A stretch of 64,000 bases of DNA from an uncultured Oscillospiraceae bacterium. Its GTDB lineage: Bacteria > Bacillota > Clostridia > Oscillospirales > Ruminococcaceae. The position numbers and the translations under genes were made by a program. Positions within the stretch are counted from its first letter, which is position 1. Each line of letters begins with the position of its first letter. The stretch covers positions 7,530 to 71,529 of the forward strand of contig USFO01000001.1 in assembly GCA_900553955.1 (NCBI GenBank), in the 5' to 3' direction. Of the stretch, positions 17,936-25,891 are shown one piece after another. The notes beneath the pieces were generated by a model, which did not search any database, was not told the origin of the DNA, and worked only from the letters and a program-made list of their open reading frames with translations.

Positions 17936-19590
17936 CCAAAAAGATTTTTCACTCCATTATTATTGTGGCGGCAAGCGTTCTGCTTGCTAGCCTTGTTATC
18001 ATTTCAAGCTGCTTTTACGAATACTTCGGCAGACTGCAAAGGCAGGAGATGAGGGACGAGCTTTACCTCGCCGCCACAGCGGTTGAACACGGCGGCGATG
18101 ATTACCTGAAAAACATTTCTTCCGGGCATTTTCGTCTTTCGCTTATCGCAAAGGACGGCAATGTTCTTTATGACACCGCCGCCGACGCGGAAAGCCTTGA
18201 AAATCACGGCGGCCGCGAGGAAATAAAGCAGGCACTTGAAAGCGGCGAGGGTGAATCCATCCGCTATTCCTCCACTCTGCTGCAAAAAACAATTTACTGT
18301 GCAAAACGCCTTGATGATGGGCGAGTTCTGCGTATTTCCGTAAGCCGCGCCACGGTGGGTGCCATCGCCATGGGCATGATTTCGCCCATAATTGCCGTGG
18401 GCGTCGGCGCGCTTATCCTCTCCGGCGTTCTGGCTAGCCGCCTTGCAAAACGAATTGTGGAGCCGCTCAACAGGCTTGACCTTGAACACCCGCTGGACAA
18501 TGATTCCTACGAAGAGCTTTCTCCGCTGCTGAGCAGGATAAACAAACAGCGTGCTCAAATTGCGGAGCAGCTTGCGGAGCTTCGCCACCGCACCGACGAA
18601 TTTGAGCAGGTAACCGGAAATATGAAGGAGGGTTTGGTGCTCATCGACACGAACGAGAATGTTTTGAGCATCAACTCCGCTGCGCGGAATATTTTTTCTG
18701 CCGCGGAGGACTGCATAGGAAAGAGCTTCCTCACCGTTGACCGCAGCCGCGACCTCAACGCAGCGATACATTCTGCCTTTGAGCACGGCCACAGTGAAAT
18801 TCATTCCGATAAAAACGGGCGCACCTATCAGTTTGACATAAGCCGCATTGATTCCGACGGCAACGCTTTCGGCGCGGTTATTCTTCTCTTTGACATAACC
18901 GACAGGGAAAACGCCGAAAAGCTTCGGCGCGAATTCACCGCAAATGTTTCCCACGAACTGAAAACCCCGCTCCAAGGGATAATCGGCAGTGCGGAGCTTA
19001 TAGAAAGCGGCATGGTGAAAGCCGCGGATATGCCCCGCTTTGTGGGACATATCCGCGAGGAGGCTCAGCGGCTTGTTAGCCTTGTGAACGACATAATCCG
19101 CCTTTCTCAGCTTGATGAGGGGGATTCCCTGCCCATGGAGCGGGTGGATTTGCTTGCCGTTGCAGAGGAAGCCGCCGCCGACCTCTCCGAAGCCGCAAAA
19201 GCGAGGAATATTTCCCTCCTTGCAGAGGGCGAAAGCGTTTTTGTGTTCGGAATTAAAAGACTTTTGTACGAAGTTATTTACAACTTGGGTGAAAATGCGG
19301 TAAAATATAATGTAGAAAGCGGAAACGTTCTGATATCCGTCGCCAAGGAAGAAAACTCTGCCGTGCTCACGGTAAATGACAGCGGAATAGGAATTGCGCC
19401 GGAGCATCAGAGCCGCATTTTTGAACGCTTCTATCGGGTGGACAAGAGCCATTCCAAGGCTTCCGGTGGAACCGGTCTGGGTCTTTCCATCGTAAAGCAC
19501 GCAGTACAGCGGCACGGCGGCAAAATCGAGCTTGAAAGCGAACCCGGCAAGGGTACGACTATCCGCGTTATTCTGCCCGCCGCAAAATAA
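17932..19590 (+). CDS. sensor histidine kinase (PhoR-like)
   Basis: N-terminal TM, PAS-like segment, H-box FTANVSHELKTPL, and HATPase G-boxes (DSGIGI, GGTGLGLSIV). Confidence 0.85.
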   Translation: MTKKIFHSIIIVAASVLLASLVIISSCFYEYFGRLQRQEMRDELYLAATAVEHGGDDYLKNISSGHFRLSLIAKDGNVLYDTAADAESLENHGGREEIKQALESGEGESIRYSSTLLQKTIYCAKRLDDGRVLRISVSRATVGAIAMGMISPIIAVGVGALILSGVLASRLAKRIVEPLNRLDLEHPLDNDSYEELSPLLSRINKQRAQIAEQLAELRHRTDEFEQVTGNMKEGLVLIDTNENVLSINSAARNIFSAAEDCIGKSFLTVDRSRDLNAAIHSAFEHGHSEIHSDKNGRTYQFDISRIDSDGNAFGAVILLFDITDRENAEKLRREFTANVSHELKTPLQGIIGSAELIESGMVKAADMPRFVGHIREEAQRLVSLVNDIIRLSQLDEGDSLPMERVDLLAVAEEAAADLSEAAKARNISLLAEGESVFVFGIKRLLYEVIYNLGENAVKYNVESGNVLISVAKEENSAVLTVNDSGIGIAPEHQSRIFERFYRVDKSHSKASGGTGLGLSIVKHAVQRHGGKIELESEPGKGTTIRVILPAAK

Positions 19591-19635
19591 TCGGCAAGGG
19601 GCGTTTCCGTATAATAAGCAAAGGAGATACCGCAA

Positions 19636-20421
19636 ATGGATAATCTTAAAAACAAAAAGGGCTTTATCTGCGATATGGACGGCGTTATCTATCACGGAAA
19701 CAAGCTTTTGCCCGGCGTTCGCGAATTTGTGGACTGGCTTTACAACGAGGATAAGCATTTTCTGTTCCTGACAAACTCTTCCGACCGTTCGCCGAAGGAG
19801 CTTCAGCAAAAGCTGTGGCGCATGGGACTTGATGTGGACGAAAGTCATTTCTATACCAGCGCACAGGCCACAGCAAAGTTCATAGCCTCTCAGGCTCCGG
19901 GCTGCAGCGCATTTGTAATCGGCGGTGCGGGACTTATTATGGCGCTTCATGACGAGGGCATCACCATGAACGACGTTGACCCGGACTATGTGGTTATCGG
20001 CGAAGGTAATGCCTACAATTATGAAAGCATTGTGAAAGCGGTGCGCCTTGTGCTTGCGGGCGCGAAGCTTATCGGAACCAACAGCGACATTACCGGTCCT
20101 TCCGACGACGGCATTCTGCCCGCCTGCCGCGCCATGATTGCGCCCATCGAAATGGCGACGGGCAAATCCGCCTACTTCATCGGAAAACCTAACCCTCTTA
20201 TTATGCGCACCGGTCTGCGCATCCTCGGCGTTCACTCCGAAGACGCGGTTATGATAGGCGACCGCATGGACACCGACATTGTCGCCGGAATAGAAACCGG
20301 CCTCGATACGGTTTTGGTACTCTCCGGCGTCACCGACCCGGAGGAAATTAAGCGCTTTCCCTATCGCCCGAAACATGTTCTCTCCGGCGTGGGCGATATT
20401 CCCGCTCTGCCAGACGACTGA
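19636..20421 (+). CDS. HAD-IIA family hydrolase (NagD/YutF-like)
   Basis: DGVIY motif I, LTNSS motif II, GDRMDTDI motif IV. Confidence 0.75.
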   Translation: MDNLKNKKGFICDMDGVIYHGNKLLPGVREFVDWLYNEDKHFLFLTNSSDRSPKELQQKLWRMGLDVDESHFYTSAQATAKFIASQAPGCSAFVIGGAGLIMALHDEGITMNDVDPDYVVIGEGNAYNYESIVKAVRLVLAGAKLIGTNSDITGPSDDGILPACRAMIAPIEMATGKSAYFIGKPNPLIMRTGLRILGVHSEDAVMIGDRMDTDIVAGIETGLDTVLVLSGVTDPEEIKRFPYRPKHVLSGVGDIPALPDD

Positions 20422-20425
20422 TTGC
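20325..20425 (+). repeat. direct repeat copy 1 (native 3' end of the HAD gene)
   Basis: 101 bp, about 93% identical to 20513-20613. Confidence 0.8.
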
Positions 20426-20512
20426 GCTTAAAGTCTGCCACTATTACCTACTGTTTTGTTATGAATTTCAAGCCCACACCCCAAAAGGGGGTGCGGGATT
20501 TGCTCTGTTTTG

Positions 20513-20613
20513 CGGCGTCACCGACCCGGAGGAAATTAAGCGTTTCCCCTATCGCCCGAAGCATGTTCTCTCCGGCGTGGGCGATATTCCCGCGCTGCCG
20601 GATGATTGATTGC
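20513..20613 (+). repeat. direct repeat copy 2 (diverged orphan copy of the HAD 3' end, synonymous changes only)
   Basis: In frame it encodes the identical ...GVTDPEEIKRFPYRPKHVLSGVGDIPALPDD* despite about 7 nucleotide changes. Confidence 0.8.
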
Positions 20614-20619
20614 ATTAAC

Positions 20620-20660
20620 AGCCCCGCACAGATTTTGCGCAGGGCTGTTTTTTTCCGCAA
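20620..20660 (+). terminator. probable intrinsic terminator after the repeat
   Basis: Imperfect stem cagccccgcaca/tgcgcagggctg followed by ttttttt. Confidence 0.45.
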
Positions 20661-20790
20661 GCTTCGACAAATCACTGTGAGCTGCCGCAAAATATTTTAC
20701 AATTAGTCATATTATGTCTTAATTCTACAATTCGTATATCATTAAAGTACAAAAAAGCACCCGGCGGGTGCTTTTTTCTTCGCATAATAA

Positions 20791-21162
20791 TTATTCGGCT
20801 TCTTCAATCTTTGCTTCGGGAGCATTTTTGCGGACGCTCTCTACACCGTTTTTGCAGGATGCTTTTGCCTTGTATCCCTCGGAGGAGAGGATGATTTCGC
20901 CGTTGCGGGCTTTCAGGCGGAAGCGGAATTCGCCGGCTTTGTCGGTGTAAATTTCAAATTTCGGGTTGGTTTCAGTCTCAAAGTTCTCAACGGTCTGATC
21001 TTCAAGCTTCGCGGCTTCGGCGTTTTTGCGGACGCTTTCGATTCCGTTAAGGCAGCCGTCCTTGGTGCTGTAGTTCTGGGAGCTTCCGATGACTTCGCCG
21101 TTGGAGGCGACAAGATTGAAATGAACACTCTTTTCAGTTTCTTTTACTACGAATTTTCCCAT
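20791..21162 (-). CDS. YegP/DUF1508 tandem-domain protein
   Basis: Two repeats of about 55 aa (...FRLKARNGEIILSSEGYKAKASCKNGVESVRKNA / ...FNLVASNGEVIGSSQNYSTKDGCLNGIESVRKNA). Confidence 0.7.
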   Translation of the reverse strand: MGKFVVKETEKSVHFNLVASNGEVIGSSQNYSTKDGCLNGIESVRKNAEAAKLEDQTVENFETETNPKFEIYTDKAGEFRFRLKARNGEIILSSEGYKAKASCKNGVESVRKNAPEAKIEEAE

Positions 21163-21212
21163 GGTTTTTACTCCTTCAAAATTATATTTTAACGTCCTGC
21201 GGCGTTACAGAC

Positions 21213-22598
21213 TTACTTTTTCTTCTGCTTTTCCCGATAGAAGATAACTCCGCCGAGCATAAAGAGCGCAAACACCGCAAGATAGGATATTACAAGCTCG
21301 CCGTAGGAAACATAGCAGCAATAACCCATAAAAACGGAAGCACCAATGCCAAGCAGCGGCAGAACAAAGCGCTTCACAAAGCCGAAATCCTTTTCCTTTG
21401 CCATCATCATAATGAATATGGGAATATAGAAAGCATAGAGGGTGATTATTACGATTTCGTCCGCTTCCCAGCCGAGTAGCCACGCCGGATTTCCGGTTTT
21501 ATTCATAACGAGGGGGCCTTCCCAGAAGAAAGCCTGCCACTGGAGGAACCAAAACGCGCAAAGCGCAAGCCCCGCTATGCAGGATTTAAGTGGCATTCCC
21601 GTGGATTTGTCCACCTCCGCAAGAACCTTTGCCCGCTTGCCCTCCGTTCTGAAGGAGAGAGAGTACAGTCCGCGCATAGTTCCCATCATAACGCCGTTTG
21701 TGGTTCCCAAACAGGAAATTATAATGAAAACGAACACAAGCGTTCCGGCGAAATTGCCGAACACATTGGAGAATGCTATTTTGGGAAGCATATCCCCCGC
21801 TTCGAGAATTTGCTCCGCGTTCATGGTTGCGCTCATAGAGTAGACATAGAGGCTGTAAATCACGGTGCAGAAAATCGCTCCGCCGATAAGCGCAAGCGGA
21901 AGATCCCGCTTTGCGTTCTTCAGCTCGGAATTTATGGTGGTGGCGATTATCCAGCCCTCGTAGGAGAACGCAAAGGCGCACACCGCCGGAAGAATTCCGC
22001 TGCTTTGACCTCCCGCCTCAATAATGGAGCTGTCGCTGAAAATTGCAATACTGTTGCCGTTCACAAGGCCGACTATCGTTCCCACAATGCCCATAAGCAA
22101 CAGCGGAACAAGCTTGATCACCGTGGCGGAAACCTGAATTTTGCCCGCCAGCTTCGGCGAAAGAGCGTTTATCGCAAAGCTCGTCATCAAATAGAACGCA
22201 CCTATGGCGCAGGTGGCTCCGCCGCCGTCCTCCATGCCGAAGAGCATGGTGGTGTACCTTGCGGAAACCCACGAAAGGGTGGCTGCTATAATCGGATAGT
22301 ACATGGTGGATAGGAACCACGCCACATAGTAGGCATATTTTTTGCCGATGGTGGCTTCGGCGTAGTCCACAATTCCGTTGCACTTTACATACTTCGTGCC
22401 GAGCGCCGCAAAAGCGCATGAGCATGCGATCATAATAAGCCCCACTATGGCGATTACAAGCATACTCTGCCCCATATTTCCGCCTGTAAGGCTGAGCACC
22501 TTTACAGCCTTGAAGAACACGCCGGAGCCTATTGTGATGCCCACGACCATGGATATCGCCGTAAAAAGTCCGTACCTCTTTTCAAGTTTGTTTTCCAT
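21213..22598 (-). CDS. APC-family amino acid permease
   Basis: RBS ggaagga. About 12 TM segments and APC-like N-terminus GLFTAISMVVGITIGSGVF. Confidence 0.8.
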   Translation of the reverse strand: MENKLEKRYGLFTAISMVVGITIGSGVFFKAVKVLSLTGGNMGQSMLVIAIVGLIMIACSCAFAALGTKYVKCNGIVDYAEATIGKKYAYYVAWFLSTMYYPIIAATLSWVSARYTTMLFGMEDGGGATCAIGAFYLMTSFAINALSPKLAGKIQVSATVIKLVPLLLMGIVGTIVGLVNGNSIAIFSDSSIIEAGGQSSGILPAVCAFAFSYEGWIIATTINSELKNAKRDLPLALIGGAIFCTVIYSLYVYSMSATMNAEQILEAGDMLPKIAFSNVFGNFAGTLVFVFIIISCLGTTNGVMMGTMRGLYSLSFRTEGKRAKVLAEVDKSTGMPLKSCIAGLALCAFWFLQWQAFFWEGPLVMNKTGNPAWLLGWEADEIVIITLYAFYIPIFIMMMAKEKDFGFVKRFVLPLLGIGASVFMGYCCYVSYGELVISYLAVFALFMLGGVIFYREKQKKK

Positions 22599-22725
22599 AC
22601 CGTTTCCTTCCCGCATTAAGCCGCTTTCGGTTGACAATTTTATTTTTTTATTATAGCATCGTTTTCACTATCAATCAACCGCTTTTTTCCCGAAGCTGCG
22701 AAAAAATTTGAGGGGAAGGGGTATA

Positions 22726-24138
22726 TTATGCAGCCTTTGCGCTGTCCCTGTCAAGCTTCCCGAATGTATGCAATATAATTATTACCGAAACAATGAATGT
22801 AAGTATATCCGCCACCGGCATAGAAAGCAAAATGCCGTCCAACCCGAACCGCAGCGGCAGCAGCAGTGCCAATCCGACGCCCAAAACCACTTCCCGCAGC
22901 ATGGAAAGCAGTGTGGATTCCCATGGCTTTCCCATGGACTGGAGGAAAATGAACGCCGCCTTATTTATGCAGGCGAGCACCATCATGCAAAGATAAATAC
23001 GAAACGCCTTTACCGCAAATTCGGTGTAGTATGCGCTTTCCCCCGCGGCCCCGAAAATTCCGATAAGCTGCCGTGGGAAAAGCTCCACGATAATCAGAGA
23101 AACCGCCCCTACGGCAGCCTCTGCGCCGAGCAGCAGCCTGAACAGACCCTTTGCGCGATCTCCCCGAGCCGCCCCTATATTATAGCCTACTATTGGTATG
23201 CACCCGGCGGCAAGACCTATTGAAATTGAAATGACTATTTGGAAAAACTTCATCACTATGCCGATTACCGCCATCGGGATATCCGAGTATTCCGCCATAC
23301 CGAATATTTCGTCAGAAGCGCTGTATTTTGTAATCATATTGTTATTCGCCGCCATTGCCGCCACAAGCGAAATCTGTGCAAGAAAGCTGCATACACCGAG
23401 CGGAATGTACTTTTTCATGAGCGCATAGTGCGGTTTAATACTGCTCGCCGTAATGTGCATGCACTTCATGCGGCAAATATACCACAGCGAAAGCCCCGCC
23501 GTGAGCACCTGTCCGAGCACCGTTGCCACAGCGGCGCCCATCATTCCCATGCGGCATACAAAAATGAGCACGGGGTCGAGCACGATATTCACAGCGGCAC
23601 CGCAGAGAGTAGCTGCCATGGCAAAACGCGGGCTTCCGTCGGAACGGATTATCGGGTTCATCGCCTGACCGAACATATAAAACGGCAAACCTGCGGTTAT
23701 CCATGTGAAGTATTCCTTTGCCAAAGCAAAGGTTTTTTCGTTCACTCTGCCTCCGAAAGCAGTCAAAAGCGTTTCCTGAAAGGCAAAATACAACGCCATG
23801 AGCACGACGGAAGAAACGAGCACGGTGAGCACGGAGCTGCCGACGCTGTTTGCCGCATCGTGCTCATCATGAGCACCGAGGCAAATACTTACAAAAGCAC
23901 AGCAGCCGTCACCTATCATTACGGCAACCGCAAGCGCCACCACAGTAAGCGGAAACACCACATTATTTGCGGCATTTCCCGCCGTTCCGAGATAATCGGC
24001 GTTCGCAATAAAAATCTGGTCGACAATATTATATAACGCCGCCACAAAAAGCGAGATTACGCATGGCAGGGAATATTTTTTCATCAGCCTGCCCAGCGGC
24101 TCCGTTACAAGAAAAGTATTCTTTTCATTTTCCTTCAT
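22726..24138 (-). CDS. MATE-family efflux transporter
   Basis: RBS agagg. 12 TM. MATE-like start LGRLMKKYSLPCVISLFVAALYNIVDQIFI. Confidence 0.8.
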   Translation of the reverse strand: MKENEKNTFLVTEPLGRLMKKYSLPCVISLFVAALYNIVDQIFIANADYLGTAGNAANNVVFPLTVVALAVAVMIGDGCCAFVSICLGAHDEHDAANSVGSSVLTVLVSSVVLMALYFAFQETLLTAFGGRVNEKTFALAKEYFTWITAGLPFYMFGQAMNPIIRSDGSPRFAMAATLCGAAVNIVLDPVLIFVCRMGMMGAAVATVLGQVLTAGLSLWYICRMKCMHITASSIKPHYALMKKYIPLGVCSFLAQISLVAAMAANNNMITKYSASDEIFGMAEYSDIPMAVIGIVMKFFQIVISISIGLAAGCIPIVGYNIGAARGDRAKGLFRLLLGAEAAVGAVSLIIVELFPRQLIGIFGAAGESAYYTEFAVKAFRIYLCMMVLACINKAAFIFLQSMGKPWESTLLSMLREVVLGVGLALLLPLRFGLDGILLSMPVADILTFIVSVIIILHTFGKLDRDSAKAA

Positions 24139-24160
24139 CAAAACAACCTCTTGAAAAAAT

Positions 24161-24330
24161 AAATTTGAGCACAAAAAAATGCGCGTAATTCCGTACTCGG
24201 ACTTACGCGCATAGCTGCTCAGCTTTATTATTATACCACTTTTCGGAACAAATTTTCAAGTATTTTTTGCACAAAAATACTATGGTGAATTTTTGTGCAA
24301 AACGTCCTTTGATTTCCGGTGCTCAAATTT
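24161..24330. promoter_or_regulatory. palindrome-rich divergent control region (12-bp inverted repeat aaatttgagcac/gtgctcaaattt flanking a 13-bp inverted repeat ttttgcacaaaaa/tttttgtgcaaaa and a hairpin tgcgcgtaa/ttacgcgca)
   Basis: All elements were read directly. The -10 tataat of the small downstream gene lies in gctataataagc. Confidence 0.45.
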
Positions 24331-24391
24331 GCTATAATAAGCTTAGGCAAATTATATACTTGCTATTATATAAACCGAAAGGGGAATTTTT

Positions 24392-24631
24392 ATGAAAAGA
24401 GTTCAATCTGCCTGTATATGCCAAACTCTGCATTTTATTTTGAAGGAGGATTATGCCCACGATTACGCTGTAAAGCTCGTCAAGGGCGAGGTGGAAAACT
24501 ACAAGCTCGGCCTTGAGCACGCCGGAACCAAGTTCAAAATTATAGACGAGCACGATGAGCCGGACGGCTCCGTCATAGTCAAAATCATCAAGCAATATAA
24601 CGGCTGTGATATCGGCGATTATCTTGACTGA
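24392..24631 (+). CDS. small hypothetical protein (79 aa)
   Basis: RBS aaagggga at proper spacing; no recognisable family. Confidence 0.3.
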   Translation: MKRVQSACICQTLHFILKEDYAHDYAVKLVKGEVENYKLGLEHAGTKFKIIDEHDEPDGSVIVKIIKQYNGCDIGDYLD

Positions 24632-24675
24632 CAGCAAAAAAGCGCAAAGACCGTACCGATCTTTGCGCTTTTTCT

Positions 24676-25794
24676 TTATTCTTTCTCAAACTCCGCCGCG
24701 CACATCTCCAAAAGCTCTCTGATTTTGAGGTGCTGCGGGCAGGATTTTTCGCATTTGCCGCATTTTATGCAGGATGACGCCTTGCCGCCGTTTTCGGTGA
24801 GCTTGCCGTAGTACCAGCCGCTGTTCCAATCGCCGAACTGCTTTTTGCGGTTCATGGCGGCGAAAATATCCGGAATTGGAATTTGCTTCGGACAGCCGTC
24901 GGTGCAGTAGTGACAGGCGGTGCAGGGAATGAGCTTCTGTGCCGCAAAAATGTCGCAGACCCGCCGCACGGCCGCAAATTCCTCCTCGGAGAAGGGCTTA
25001 AAGTCCTTCATAAAGCTGATGTTGTCCTCCATCTGCTCCATATCGCTCATGCCGGAGAGAACTATCATAATGCCCTCAAAGGACGCCGCAAAGCGGATTG
25101 CATAGCTTGCGGGGCTGCCGTCACCGACGGAGTGGAGCACTTCCAGTGCCTCCTTTGGAAGATTGACAAGACTGCCGCCCTTGACCGGCTCCATAATTAT
25201 CACCGGTTTTCCGAACCTGCGGCAAACCTCGTAGCATTTTTTGCTCTCCACCGTGGGGCTGTCGTAGTCCACATAGTTGAACTGAATTTGCACGACCTCT
25301 ATTTCCGGCACCTCGGAGAGAATTTTTTCAAGCACATCGGCGGTATCGTGGAAGGAAATACCCATGTGGCGAATTTTACCCTCCGCCTTGAGGGCAAGAG
25401 CTTCCTCGTAAGCGCCGACCCTTTTGAAATTCTCGTGATCCTCCGCGTCAAGCCCGTGCATGAGGTAGTAGTCAAAATAGTCCACGCCGCAGGCCTCAAG
25501 CTGGGACTTGAACAGAGGACGAATGTCCTCCTTCGTCTTAAAATAGCCCGATGTAAGCTTATCCGTAAGTATATAGCTGTTCCTTGGGTATCGGCTGGTG
25601 AGGCACTCCTTCACCACAGGCTCGCTTTTTTTGCTTATGTAGCCGTGGGCGGTGTCAAAATAGTTGAAGCCCGCCCCCATAAAACGGTCCACCATGCGTT
25701 TGGTCTGTTCTATGTCAACCTGCTTTTCTGCGCCCTCAAGCATAGGCAGGCGCATACAGCCGAAACCGAGTTTTTTCAAAAAAATCACCCTCAC
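24676..25794 (-). CDS. aldo/keto reductase with C-terminal 4Fe-4S ferredoxin-like cysteine clusters
   Basis: AKR core (GFGCMRLP, NYFDTAHGY, IRHMGISFH) plus C-terminal CTACHYCTDGCP ... CIKCGKCEKSCP. GTG start per the ORF track; a TTG 18 nt downstream is an alternative. Confidence 0.75.
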   Translation of the reverse strand: MRVIFLKKLGFGCMRLPMLEGAEKQVDIEQTKRMVDRFMGAGFNYFDTAHGYISKKSEPVVKECLTSRYPRNSYILTDKLTSGYFKTKEDIRPLFKSQLEACGVDYFDYYLMHGLDAEDHENFKRVGAYEEALALKAEGKIRHMGISFHDTADVLEKILSEVPEIEVVQIQFNYVDYDSPTVESKKCYEVCRRFGKPVIIMEPVKGGSLVNLPKEALEVLHSVGDGSPASYAIRFAASFEGIMIVLSGMSDMEQMEDNISFMKDFKPFSEEEFAAVRRVCDIFAAQKLIPCTACHYCTDGCPKQIPIPDIFAAMNRKKQFGDWNSGWYYGKLTENGGKASSCIKCGKCEKSCPQHLKIRELLEMCAAEFEKE

Positions 25795-25891
25795 TTTTCC
25801 GAATTTACTATTCGATTATAGCGCAAAACACATTTTTTTGCAAACTAAAAGCGGCTTTACCGAAGTAAAGCCGCTTTTGCGCTTGATTTAA

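Noticed and set aside
18004-20376. 790-aa minus-strand ORF
   Set aside because: It is antisense to the histidine-kinase and HAD genes, which have clear domain signatures.
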